A DNA stretch of 32,000 bases from Staphylothermus marinus F1 (GTDB lineage: Archaea; Thermoproteota; Thermoprotei_A; Sulfolobales; Desulfurococcaceae). The stretch's first letter is position 1. Every line of letters begins with the position of its first letter. Location: contig NC_009033.1 of assembly GCF_000015945.1 (NCBI RefSeq), forward strand, positions 1,020,001 through 1,052,000, in the 5' to 3' direction. Shown piece by piece: positions 7,338 through 16,606 of this stretch. A program made the position numbers and the translations under genes. The notes under the pieces are model-generated. The model did no database searches. It was not told the origin of the DNA and saw only the letters and a program-made list of their open reading frames with translations.

Positions 7338-8226
7338 CATTTATGTTATTTCTTTTATAGTATTCCTATTTATTCCACCACTCCTTGATGGTTTAGAGAG
7401 AAAGATTAGAGCTAGACTGCATAGCAGAGTAGGACCTCCTACAATTTTTCAGACATGGTACGATATAAGGAAATTACTAGCTAAAGAACAAGTTGCAACA
7501 GATACGTTCGTTAACACTTTTTTCATCGTGTCTATACTATTTACCACATCTATGTTAACGATCCCACTTATGCCGTTTGGATCTATAGGTATATTCTCTA
7601 ATAGCCGGAACAGCTTAATATTATTCATAATACTTTTGGCTTCTTCTCAGCTATTATGGGTAGCTTTAAGCTTATCTCCTGGAAATCCTTTTTCAACTAT
7701 AGGTGTTTATAGAGAAGCTTTATTGGAAATGGTTAATGAGTTATTCTTAATTCTTACTGGTTTTGGCTTAATGGTGTATATAGGTGGTACAAGCTTCCGC
7801 GATTTAACGAACATAAACTATTCCGCAATATATATTCTTTTCATTGTTTTATTAATTGTTATATCGTATGTGTCTTCTGGAAGAGTGCCATTCGATCTAG
7901 CTGAAGCAGAACCCGAACTTGCTAGTGGAGTGCTTATTGAGTTTAGTGGTCCAATACTAGGTATTGTTCTCTATACAAACTTTCTCAAACGGGCTATACT
8001 TTGTGGGTTTATTGCCAATTTAATACTATTGCCGCTGAAAAGCTTGGTTAATGATATTGTACTGGCTGCTTTATTTTATTTGCTATTATTTTTTATTTGG
8101 CTTATCTACGCTATAGTCAGTATATTGTTGGCTAGATCGAGAATAGATTTAGCTCCTAGAACGATGTTTGTTGTTTATTTACTCTTTTATTCAATAATTG
8201 TTGTTTTATGGTTAATAGGGATATAA
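7321..8226 (+). CDS. hycD: HycD/NuoH-like membrane subunit
   Basis: N-terminal LDGLERKIRARLHSRVGPPTIFQTWYDIRKLLAKE matches the NuoH/HycD signature (xDRKxxARxQxRxGPP). The protein is polytopic. Confidence 0.88.
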   Translation: MLLDISIYVISFIVFLFIPPLLDGLERKIRARLHSRVGPPTIFQTWYDIRKLLAKEQVATDTFVNTFFIVSILFTTSMLTIPLMPFGSIGIFSNSRNSLILFIILLASSQLLWVALSLSPGNPFSTIGVYREALLEMVNELFLILTGFGLMVYIGGTSFRDLTNINYSAIYILFIVLLIVISYVSSGRVPFDLAEAEPELASGVLIEFSGPILGIVLYTNFLKRAILCGFIANLILLPLKSLVNDIVLAALFYLLLFFIWLIYAIVSILLARSRIDLAPRTMFVVYLLFYSIIVVLWLIGI

Positions 8227-8255
8227 AATATATAATAAAAATGAGGGTATGAAAC

Positions 8256-9902
8256 ATGATAAATAGAATTGATAGTGTCAGGCAGCATATCATAGAGAAA
8301 CTAGGAGATATTGTAAAGGAAACTAAGTATATCGGTGACCAAGCTTTAATGTTGCGTATAGATAGAAATTATTTAAGAAAAGCTGTAGACATAATTCATA
8401 ATGATCTGAATGCGTATTTTAGAACTATGGTAGCGGTTGATGAAAGATCGTTGAATGGCACTTTTGCGTCTTATTATATTTTTGGACTTGACGCAGCTCA
8501 TTTAAATATAATTGTTAAGACACATACTAGCGCTGATGAACCTGTTTTACCGTCAATAATTGATATTGTCCCGGCTGCTGATTGGTATGAGTTGGAAGCT
8601 TGGGATCTATTAGGGATCAAGTTTGAAAATAGAAAGGTTCACAGGTTTGTTCTACCTGATGAGTGGCCTGAAGGAATATATCCTCTGAGAAAAGATGTTG
8701 AATATACCTATAGGCCTAAACCTAGGAAAGTTCCCAGACAACCACCCACGGGTCAACGAATACCTATCGGACCATATCATCCCGCACTACACGAGCCTGA
8801 ATATTTTGAACTATACGTAGAAGGAGAGAAAGTAGTTGATGTAGAATATAATGGCTTTCATGTTCATAGAGGTATAGAAAAACTCGCTGAGGCACCTCGA
8901 TTTAATTATCAAAAAATACCTTTCTTAGCTGAGAGAATATGTGGCATATGTGGATTCGTTCATAGCGTATCATACACTATGAGCGTTGAAAGAGCAGCAA
9001 AAATAGATGTTCCGGAGAGAGCAGAGTATATTCGAAGCATTATTTTAGAGATTGAACGCTTACATAGCCACTTATTATGGATAGGGGTAGTATGTCATCT
9101 TCTCGGCTATGATGCAGGGTTTATGCATACTTGGAGGATTAGAGAAAAAGTGATGGTACTTGCAGAGCTCTTAACGGGAAGTCGTAAAACATATGGTATA
9201 AATCTCGTTGGAGGAGTGAGAAAAGATATAAACATGGACAAAATTGAGGCTGTAAAGAACACTATAGAATATATTCGATCAGAGTTTAAACATCTTTCAG
9301 ATCTAATTACAAGTATTTCGCAAATAGTTAAAAGAGCTAGTGGCACAGGCATTTTGTCAAGAGATGATGCAAGAAAGCTCTCGGTAGTAGGACCTGTTGC
9401 TAGGGGTTCGGGTCTCGACAGGGATGTTCGTAGGGATTATCCATATGCTGCATATAGAGATGTTTATTTTAAAGTACCAGTCTATAATGAGGGAGATAAT
9501 CTAGCCAGGCTTCTCGTTAGAATAGATGAAGTATTTGAATCTATATATATTCTAGAACAACTAATTGATAAATTGCCCGGAGGACCCATAATGGCTGAAA
9601 AGCTAGAAGTTCCTGAGGGAGTAATAGGTATAGGAAACGTTGAGGCACCACGAGGCGAGGTAATACATGTAACTATAACGGGTCATGGAAGACCTTATCG
9701 TTGGAGAGTTCGTGCGCCTACTTATCAGAATATTCCAGCATTGAAAATTATGCTTCGCGATGCACCATTAGCTGATGCACCATTAACTATAGCTAGCATT
9801 GATCCGTGTTTCTCATGTACGGATCGAATAGTAATAGTGGATCTAAGATCAAATAGGAGATTTAAAGCTTCTATGGAGCAAATAATTAAGGCGGGAAGGT
9901 GA
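8256..9902 (+). CDS. hycE: [NiFe]-hydrogenase large subunit, HycE-type NuoC-NuoD fusion (group 4)
   Basis: The N-terminal NuoC-like domain carries ADWYELEAWDLLGIKF. Both Ni-Fe ligand pairs are retained, RICGICGFVHS and DPCFSCTDR, followed by a 24-aa C-terminal tail. Confidence 0.92.
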   Translation: MINRIDSVRQHIIEKLGDIVKETKYIGDQALMLRIDRNYLRKAVDIIHNDLNAYFRTMVAVDERSLNGTFASYYIFGLDAAHLNIIVKTHTSADEPVLPSIIDIVPAADWYELEAWDLLGIKFENRKVHRFVLPDEWPEGIYPLRKDVEYTYRPKPRKVPRQPPTGQRIPIGPYHPALHEPEYFELYVEGEKVVDVEYNGFHVHRGIEKLAEAPRFNYQKIPFLAERICGICGFVHSVSYTMSVERAAKIDVPERAEYIRSIILEIERLHSHLLWIGVVCHLLGYDAGFMHTWRIREKVMVLAELLTGSRKTYGINLVGGVRKDINMDKIEAVKNTIEYIRSEFKHLSDLITSISQIVKRASGTGILSRDDARKLSVVGPVARGSGLDRDVRRDYPYAAYRDVYFKVPVYNEGDNLARLLVRIDEVFESIYILEQLIDKLPGGPIMAEKLEVPEGVIGIGNVEAPRGEVIHVTITGHGRPYRWRVRAPTYQNIPALKIMLRDAPLADAPLTIASIDPCFSCTDRIVIVDLRSNRRFKASMEQIIKAGR

Positions 9903-9909
9903 TCATGTT

Positions 9910-10437
9910 ATGTTAGTTAGAAAACTCCTAAAACCATTAAAACTGATCTCTGTCGCAAAGAAGGCAGGAGTAGTAACTGTATTATATCCGTATCAAAAAC
10001 CACTTATTACCAGTGAATTCCGCGGAAAAATATCTATAGATCCTTCGAAGTGTATAGCTTGTGGAGCATGTGTAAATGTTTGCCCTCCCAATGCATTGAC
10101 TTTATCTAAGCAAGAAAACATAATAATGATTAATTATTTTATAGGCAGGTGTATATTTTGTGGTAGGTGCGCCGAAGTCTGCCCAGTAGGTGCAATAACG
10201 GTCACCAACGAATTCGAACTTGCATCTACACGAATAGATGATTTAAGCTCTACATTAATACATAAGATATATGAATGTTCTAATTGCGGATCAGCTTATA
10301 TAACCAGAAAAATGAAGCAGTTTATTATAAATAGAGTTCCAGTCTCCGAAAACTATATAGATCTATGCCCAGATTGTAGAAAGAAGAAATTCTATTCGTC
10401 AATTGCTTTAAGAAGAGGGGTTAGAGTTGAAGAGTAA
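9910..10437 (+). CDS. hycF: HycF/NuoI-like 2x[4Fe-4S] subunit with C-terminal CxxC...CxxC tail
   Basis: Carries CIACGACVNVCP and CIFCGRCAEVCP, plus CSNCG...CPDC. E. coli HycF has the same arrangement, from memory. Confidence 0.88.
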   Translation: MLVRKLLKPLKLISVAKKAGVVTVLYPYQKPLITSEFRGKISIDPSKCIACGACVNVCPPNALTLSKQENIIMINYFIGRCIFCGRCAEVCPVGAITVTNEFELASTRIDDLSSTLIHKIYECSNCGSAYITRKMKQFIINRVPVSENYIDLCPDCRKKKFYSSIALRRGVRVEE

Positions 10438-10906
10438 AGATAATATTTTGAAGAAAAGTATATGGGTGTTTCATCTCAACACGGGGAGTTGTAATGCCTG
10501 CGACATCGAGATACTAGACGCTCTAACCCCATATTTCGACGTTGAAAGATTTGGTATTAAGCTTGTAGCATCACCTAGACACGCAGACCTAGTACTCTTA
10601 ACGGGTCCTATAACTCTGAAGACATTACCTAAAGTTATCAATGCGCTTAGAGCAGTTCCTAGACCTAGATACGTGATGGCAATAGGTGCTTGTGCTGTGG
10701 GGGGAGGCATATGGTATGATTCATACTCCGTAATAGGAGGAGTTGATGAATTAAAGAAGATTCTTGAAGAATACGGTATAGAAATAGATAAAATAGTATA
10801 TGTTCCAGGATGCCCTGCCAGGCCAGAAGCGATCATATATGGCGTAGCATTACTTCTAGGGTTAGTTAAACAAAAAGTTGCTAAGGAGGTGAAAATTATT
10901 GAATAA
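10427..10906 (+). CDS. hycG: [NiFe]-hydrogenase small subunit, HycG/NuoB-like
   Basis: GSCNACDIEIL, GACAVGGG and PGCPARPE are the NuoB/HycG proximal-cluster ligand motifs. The TTG start overlaps hycF by 11 nt. Confidence 0.9.
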   Translation: MKSKDNILKKSIWVFHLNTGSCNACDIEILDALTPYFDVERFGIKLVASPRHADLVLLTGPITLKTLPKVINALRAVPRPRYVMAIGACAVGGGIWYDSYSVIGGVDELKKILEEYGIEIDKIVYVPGCPARPEAIIYGVALLLGLVKQKVAKEVKIIE

Positions 10907-11162
10907 ACCAATTATGCAATTGAAAATTTATATTTGCAAATATGTCGAGAAAGAAAAAACTCTAGCTTCTAGACATATGATTGCCTCTATTGGAATTTGT
11001 AAATTGCTAGGTGAGAAAGAACTTGATTTAGAAAATTTACCCGAAGAAAATAGAAAAGCGTTACGTTTAAGAGGTGAAACTAACTTGTTTGATCCTATAT
11101 TAATTAAGAAATTGTTTGATCTCAATATTTCCCCTGAATACTATATTAAATTAAAGATATAG
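10899..11162 (+). CDS. small soluble hypothetical protein between the hydrogenase and Mrp modules
   Basis: TTG 10899 lies 6 nt after a strong AGGAGGTGA (10884-10892) and overlaps the hycG stop by 8 nt. The product is hydrophilic and K/E-rich with no TM segment. I recognise no family. Confidence 0.55.
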   Translation: MNKPIMQLKIYICKYVEKEKTLASRHMIASIGICKLLGEKELDLENLPEENRKALRLRGETNLFDPILIKKLFDLNISPEYYIKLKI

Positions 11163-11171
11163 GGGATAATA

Positions 11172-11456
11172 TTGAGCTTAGAACATCAAGTAACCTTGTT
11201 TATATTGTTCGTCTTTCCATTCTATTTATTGGCTTTTACATTATATATTATCAGGGCTATTCGCGGACCTAGTATTCCCGATACAGTACTAGCTATTGAC
11301 GCATTATCTTTTGATATTGCAGCTTTCCTCGCTTTATTATCTATAATATATCGTTCACCAATATTGATAGCTTGCACAATAGTTCTTGCATTATGGGTTT
11401 ACGCCTTAGATATATATGTTTCAAAATACTTTACACATAAGGAAATGGGTGAATAG
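11172..11456 (+). CDS. mnhF: Mrp/Mnh antiporter subunit F-like
   Basis: About 90 aa with 3 TM helices. The motif IRAIRGPSIPDTVLAIDAL matches MnhF/PhaF (R..GP...DR..A.D). Confidence 0.8.
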   Translation: MSLEHQVTLFILFVFPFYLLAFTLYIIRAIRGPSIPDTVLAIDALSFDIAAFLALLSIIYRSPILIACTIVLALWVYALDIYVSKYFTHKEMGE

Positions 11457-11458
11457 AT

Positions 11459-11845
11459 GTGTTTGAAGAGTTATTGGTATATTTTGGAGAAATACTCGTA
11501 GTTATAGGTGTATTCTGTGATTTAGCAGCATCTATAGGCATGATTAGATTTCCAAACTTTTATACACGTATGCATGCAGCTACAGTTGGTACAATTGGTG
11601 GAGCAGTTGTTCCGTTGATCGGCGTAGCATTCATTGCATTGGGATCTACATGGCTGGGCGTATATAGGTTTTTCTTGTCCGGTGCAAGTTTCGTAGCGGC
11701 ACTACTAATAATGATATTAGCTCCCGTTGGTACGCATGTCCTTGCTCAAGCTGCTCATCATGCGGGATTAGCTCCTAAACAGCCAATAAATTTTGATCAT
11801 TTAGAAGAAGATCTAAAATATGAATTGGAGGATAAGAAAGAATGA
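11459..11845 (+). CDS. mnhG: Mrp/Mnh antiporter subunit G-like
   Basis: IGMIRFPNFYTRMHAATVGTIGGA matches the MnhG signature (lR.PD.y.R.HA..k..tlG). GTG start. Confidence 0.82.
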   Translation: MFEELLVYFGEILVVIGVFCDLAASIGMIRFPNFYTRMHAATVGTIGGAVVPLIGVAFIALGSTWLGVYRFFLSGASFVAALLIMILAPVGTHVLAQAAHHAGLAPKQPINFDHLEEDLKYELEDKKE

Positions 11846-12099
11846 TTAAAGAATTTACTCTAGCTTTCCTAATGCTGGTAAGTATTGCTAGTGTAATAGC
11901 TGCTTATCTAGCTATTAAAGAAAGAGATATGGTTAGAGCAATTGTTTACTCCGCGATTCAAAGTGCGATGTATGCATTAATATTTTATATTCTAATGGCT
12001 CCAGACATTGTATTAGTCTATGTTCCGGTCTCAGTCGGTCTAACACCTGCTATCTTATTGTTTGTTACGAAGAAAACTGAGAGATATGATGGTGACTGA
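11842..12099 (+). CDS. MbhD-like / MrpB N-terminal-type small membrane subunit
   Basis: 85 aa with 3 TM helices and the motif RDMVRAIVYSAIQSAMYALIFYILMAPDIVL. An ATGA overlap links it to mnhG. Confidence 0.7.
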   Translation: MIKEFTLAFLMLVSIASVIAAYLAIKERDMVRAIVYSAIQSAMYALIFYILMAPDIVLVYVPVSVGLTPAILLFVTKKTERYDGD

Positions 12100-12102
12100 G
12101 AA

Positions 12103-12897
12103 ATGAAAACATCAGATATTTTCGTGATTATTTCTATTATTGTATTCATATTCAGCTTAGCATACATAACTAGTCTTGGTGGTTTAGGAGAGCTGCCACC
12201 AATAAATATAAGGCAGCTTGCAAAAGTGTACTTATCCTCAACATATAATCCCTATAATATTACTAATACTAGCAGTGGTTATGAAAGTGTAACTGCTATA
12301 GTATGGGATTTCCGTGGTTTAGACACTTTCTTCGAAACAGCGGTATTCTATGGCGCCGTAATAGCATCTATAGCGATCTATAGGGGAGTTAAAATAGAGG
12401 GTGCTGGTAAAGCTTATGGTATGAGCCCAATAGCCAAAACAGTTACTAGAATAAGCCTAGTATTGATCCCTACTGTTGCTTCTTCTATAGCGTTACACGG
12501 ACATTTAACGCCGGGTGGAGGTTTTCAGGCTGGAAGTGTAGCTACAGTGATAGTTATTCTCGTAATCATGGTGTTTGGTTATAGGGCATTAACGAGTAAG
12601 GGGTTAACTAAGTCTAGAGTTTTATTGTTAAGAAGCGTTGGATTATTAGGTATAGGTATAACGACCATTGCATTATTATTAGTAGCAATGATCCTTGGCT
12701 TAAATGCATATATTTTCCAAAACCAGCCTAAGCTGGACACTCCATTAGCGTATCCTATGTGGATAGATAACATGTTGGTTGGAGGCAGTCTATTATTATT
12801 TAATATTTTTGAATATATTGCTGTCACAGCTGGTTTCACATTAGTGCTCCTACTTCTAAGTGTTGAAGAAGAAAAGGTTTTAGAGGTGTTGAAATAG
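12103..12897 (+). CDS. mnhB: Mrp/Mnh antiporter subunit B-like
   Basis: VTAIVWDFRGLDTFFETAVF and HGHLTPGGGFQAG are characteristic MnhB-domain motifs. Confidence 0.82.
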   Translation: MKTSDIFVIISIIVFIFSLAYITSLGGLGELPPINIRQLAKVYLSSTYNPYNITNTSSGYESVTAIVWDFRGLDTFFETAVFYGAVIASIAIYRGVKIEGAGKAYGMSPIAKTVTRISLVLIPTVASSIALHGHLTPGGGFQAGSVATVIVILVIMVFGYRALTSKGLTKSRVLLLRSVGLLGIGITTIALLLVAMILGLNAYIFQNQPKLDTPLAYPMWIDNMLVGGSLLLFNIFEYIAVTAGFTLVLLLLSVEEEKVLEVLK

Positions 12898-13295
12898 TGG
12901 AGACAACATTGTTTATTTCAAGTGTTATTGTTATTTGTCTCTATGTAAACTTAGGTATTGCTTTATATGGGATATTTGCAAGGCCAAGCTTAGTGAAGAA
13001 ATTACTAGCCATAACGATATTGTCAGACACAGCTAATGCTTTTGCAATACTAGTTGGTTATAGATGGCCTAAGAATGGAACACCTCAACCCCCTGTTCTC
13101 ATGAATAAAACACCATATAATGAATCTATTAAATATTATATTGAGCACTCTGTTGATCCATTACCTCAAGCATTAGTCTTAACCGCGATTGTTATAGGAT
13201 TAGCAGTTACTCTGTTCATAGCATTCATAATCATACAATATTATAGGCTTCATGGTACAGTCGATGTTAGAAAAGCTAAGGGGCTGAGAAGGTGA
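12897..13295 (+). CDS. mnhC: Mrp/Mnh antiporter subunit C-like (NuoK-like)
   Basis: Size, 3-TM topology and position after MnhB fit. The GTG start overlaps the upstream TAG by 1 nt. Confidence 0.72.
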   Translation: METTLFISSVIVICLYVNLGIALYGIFARPSLVKKLLAITILSDTANAFAILVGYRWPKNGTPQPPVLMNKTPYNESIKYYIEHSVDPLPQALVLTAIVIGLAVTLFIAFIIIQYYRLHGTVDVRKAKGLRR

Positions 13296-13301
13296 GGTTT
13301 A

Positions 13302-13808
13302 ATGTATGAATTAAAAAGATCTATCCCAGCTATCATTGTTTCCTTCATTATCTATATAATTTTTACTGGAAGCATAAGCTTATATGATGTTTTGACGGGA
13401 ATAATGGTTGCTGTAATAATAGGTTTACTTACTGGTGTATTTATTGTTGAAAACCCAGGTAAAGCATTAAGCATTAGAAGAGCATTATATATGTTAAAAT
13501 ATATTATTTGGTATTTCCTAGTCGCCGAGACTAAAGCACATTTAGATGTAATTAAAAGAGCCCTCAGCCCTAAACCATACCTAAACCCCGGAATAATTAG
13601 AATACCATATAATGTTTCAACAGATTATGCTATGACACTCATTGCAAACTCTATAACTAATACCCCGGGTACAGTGGTTGTCGATATAAACCAAGATAAG
13701 AAACTGTTCTATGTACACTGGATAGATACGAAGACTCGTGATCCCATTAAGGCATGGAAAATAATTAGTTCTAAGTTTGAGAGCTATGCGCAGAAAATAT
13801 TTGATTAA
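13302..13808 (+). CDS. mnhE: Mrp/Mnh antiporter subunit E-like
   Basis: 168 aa with two N-terminal TM helices followed by a soluble domain, and located inside the Mrp gene set. The assignment rests mainly on size, topology and context. Confidence 0.65.
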   Translation: MYELKRSIPAIIVSFIIYIIFTGSISLYDVLTGIMVAVIIGLLTGVFIVENPGKALSIRRALYMLKYIIWYFLVAETKAHLDVIKRALSPKPYLNPGIIRIPYNVSTDYAMTLIANSITNTPGTVVVDINQDKKLFYVHWIDTKTRDPIKAWKIISSKFESYAQKIFD

Positions 13809-13820
13809 CAATGTGTATGG

Positions 13821-15482
13821 GTGGTATGTATGACTGCTATGCCTGAGACAAGCCTTGGAATAATCCCTCTTTTGTTGACAATATCAGCCTTTGTTATACC
13901 CTTGCTTACACTAATAATTAAGAAGAGAATATTTTATCACATCTATGCGTTTATATTCGGGTTTCTGGCTTTGATCTATACTATTCTTAATTTTAATCTT
14001 GTAAACATTGTGTATAGAAAACCAATAGCATATAATTTCGGTGGATGGATCGCACCTATAGGAATAATATACATTGTAGATGGACTCGGCAGTTTGCTTG
14101 GCTTATTAGTCGCTATTGATATGCTAATAGTTATCATCTATAGCTGGTGGTATATGCGGAGTGAAGAGGGCGTAGAATGGTACTATACATTGCTTCTCCT
14201 ATTGGAAGCTGCTATGATAGGAATAGTTTATACGGGTGATATATTCAATTTATTCGTAATGATTGAATTATTAGCTATTAGTGCTTATGGACTCGTGGCC
14301 TTTCATAGAGATCGTAGAGAAGCCATTGAAGCAGCCGTTAAGTATAGTTTAATAGGTGCTACAGCCACAACAATGTTTTTCCTAGCAATAGTGTTCATTT
14401 ATGGCACATATGGAACTGTTAACATGGCTGATCTTGCGGTAAAATCTAGATCTGCATGGATATGTGCTGAAGCAGAAAATGTATGTAAATTCTTCAGCAT
14501 AATGAGTGGAAATAGTTACGGCAATCCAATACTGGCTACTGCTATTGCCATAGCATTTGCGTTATGGGCTTTCACTTTTAAAGCAGCGATCTTTCCTAAT
14601 CATTTCTGGTTACCAGATGCTCATCCCGAGGCACCTACGCCTGTGTCGGCGGCGCTTTCAGGACTTGTTGTTAAAATGGGTGCATATGCTACTGTGAGGA
14701 TAATGTATACGGTTTTCGGGATTAATTCATTAATAGATGTGCCTTCTCCTTCTGGCGTAAGTTTGAGGGATACACTAATGTTTATAATAATGTTGCTTGG
14801 AGCGATCTCAGCGATCATTGGTAGTCTGGTTATGGTAATACAGAACGATGTTAAAAGAATACTTGCGTACTCTACAATAGCTCACTTAGGAATGATATTT
14901 ATGGGTATAGGTGCAGGTTTAAGAGGCTTAAATACTACTGTTCTCTCGCTTGTTATCGTTGCCGTAACTCTACACATAATTAATCATAGCTTCGGAAAAA
15001 CATTGGCTTTTCTATCAAGCGGTATATTCATAAAGGCCACTGGAACACGTAATATTCTTCAAATGCGTGGAGTAGGAAGATTAACACCTATAACATCGAC
15101 AGCATTGATTATATCATTACTTCACTTATTAGGTGTACCGCCTTTCGGAGGTTTCTTTAGTAAACTGTTATTATTTAATGCTTTAATGATGTCTGGACAA
15201 CTGGTGTTTGCATTAATACTAATATTATCAACAGCTATAAGCATGTTGGGATACATGAGAATAATAGTCAATTTAATAATACCGCCGCGTCCTTCAAGGC
15301 TTATAGGAAAAGTTAAGGAAAACCCTATATCATCATTTACGCTTATAGTACTGGTTTTAATAATATTAGGATTAGGAGTATGGTGCTTGCTGGGGGGAAT
15401 AGATTATATTGAAGAAATTGTTGGTTCAACAAGTACAGTTAAGGGGATCTTAGAATATATTACTTCTCCTCTGTTGAGGTAG
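13821..15482 (+). CDS. mnhD: Mrp/Mnh antiporter subunit D-like (NuoM/N-type antiporter-like subunit 3)
   Basis: Carries NHFWLPDAHPEAPTPVSAALSGLVVKMGAY and is polytopic. The start could be GTG 13821 or ATG 13830. Confidence 0.88.
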   Translation: MVCMTAMPETSLGIIPLLLTISAFVIPLLTLIIKKRIFYHIYAFIFGFLALIYTILNFNLVNIVYRKPIAYNFGGWIAPIGIIYIVDGLGSLLGLLVAIDMLIVIIYSWWYMRSEEGVEWYYTLLLLLEAAMIGIVYTGDIFNLFVMIELLAISAYGLVAFHRDRREAIEAAVKYSLIGATATTMFFLAIVFIYGTYGTVNMADLAVKSRSAWICAEAENVCKFFSIMSGNSYGNPILATAIAIAFALWAFTFKAAIFPNHFWLPDAHPEAPTPVSAALSGLVVKMGAYATVRIMYTVFGINSLIDVPSPSGVSLRDTLMFIIMLLGAISAIIGSLVMVIQNDVKRILAYSTIAHLGMIFMGIGAGLRGLNTTVLSLVIVAVTLHIINHSFGKTLAFLSSGIFIKATGTRNILQMRGVGRLTPITSTALIISLLHLLGVPPFGGFFSKLLLFNALMMSGQLVFALILILSTAISMLGYMRIIVNLIIPPRPSRLIGKVKENPISSFTLIVLVLIILGLGVWCLLGGIDYIEEIVGSTSTVKGILEYITSPLLR

Positions 15483-15505
15483 TTAAAAATAGTTGTGTTT
15501 CTTCG

Positions 15506-16510
15506 TTATTTTATCTTCAAAACAGCTTGGCCCTTGATCTTTCCATGTTTAAGGTCTTGTAACGCCTTGTTGGCTTCTTCCAATTTATAAATCGTTATAT
15601 CAGGATATATTCTGTACTTTGACGCTATATCTAGAAATTCCCGGACATCTCTACGTGTAACGTTAGCTGTTGTTTTTACTTCTCTCTCTAACCATAATAG
15701 TTTATAATCAAGTTTCTCAATTGGCGACATATAGATTTCTCCTAAAACAACTCTTCCGCCCTTATCTAGTTTTTTCAATGCTTCGATAAAGACCCATGAT
15801 ACGGGTGCGAACACTATTGCTGCATCCAATTTGTTAGGTGGTGTTTCTTTTGTATCTCCAGCCCAATCTGCTCCGAGCTTATATGCGTACTCTATCTTCC
15901 ATGGACTATGTGTGAATACATAAACAGTTAAACCAAGTGCTTTTGCAGCTTGGAGAATTAGATGTGCTGACGCACCAAACCCGAATAAGCCTAGTATACC
16001 ATCTCTCTTATCTACTAGCCCAGTTAAGCGTAGAGCTCTATACCCAACAGCACCAGCGCATAGTAGAGGAGCGGCTTTACAATCGTCATGAGTATTTGGA
16101 AGTGGATGTACAAAGTCTTTCTTAGCGATCATGTATTCAGCGTATCCTCCATCAACGCTGTATCCAGTAAATAATGCATGATCACATAGGTTTTCTAACC
16201 CTCTCCTACAATACTTGCATTTCCCACATGCCCAGTAAAGCCATGGAACTCCTACTCTCATACCTTTACTTACATTATCAACATTTTCCCCAACCTCTTT
16301 TACCCGAGCCACTACTTGATGACCAGGTATGAGAGGTAATTTAATGGGCTTGAGTTCCCCCTCAACAATATGTAGATCAGTCCTACAAACTCCACAACAT
16401 GATATCTCTAATAATACTTCGTCTCCACGCGGATCCCTTATATCAACATCACTAAGCTTTAATGGATTCTTCTCTACAGGTTTAGGCTCGTAGAGAACCA
16501 TGGCTTTCAA
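15506..16510 (-). CDS. adh: zinc-dependent alcohol dehydrogenase (medium-chain dehydrogenase/reductase)
   Basis: Carries CGVCRTDLH (catalytic Zn), CGKCKYCRRGLENLC (structural Zn) and GLFGFGASAH (Rossmann). A GHQ variant replaces the GHE motif. Confidence 0.9.
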   Translation of the reverse strand: MKAMVLYEPKPVEKNPLKLSDVDIRDPRGDEVLLEISCCGVCRTDLHIVEGELKPIKLPLIPGHQVVARVKEVGENVDNVSKGMRVGVPWLYWACGKCKYCRRGLENLCDHALFTGYSVDGGYAEYMIAKKDFVHPLPNTHDDCKAAPLLCAGAVGYRALRLTGLVDKRDGILGLFGFGASAHLILQAAKALGLTVYVFTHSPWKIEYAYKLGADWAGDTKETPPNKLDAAIVFAPVSWVFIEALKKLDKGGRVVLGEIYMSPIEKLDYKLLWLEREVKTTANVTRRDVREFLDIASKYRIYPDITIYKLEEANKALQDLKHGKIKGQAVLKIK

Positions 16511-16606
16511 GGTTATTCACCATTAGAATAATTAATTATTTAACCTTAATACATATATCCAAGCATTGAAAATGTTTGGATAAAAAGTTTAAGAAGGATA
16601 GAGAGA

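Noticed and set aside
16316-16324. The ADH has GHQ instead of the canonical GHE zinc-ADH motif.
   Set aside because: I believe GHQ-containing medium-chain ADH subfamilies exist. All other Zn-ligand and Rossmann motifs are intact, so it is not evidently unusual.
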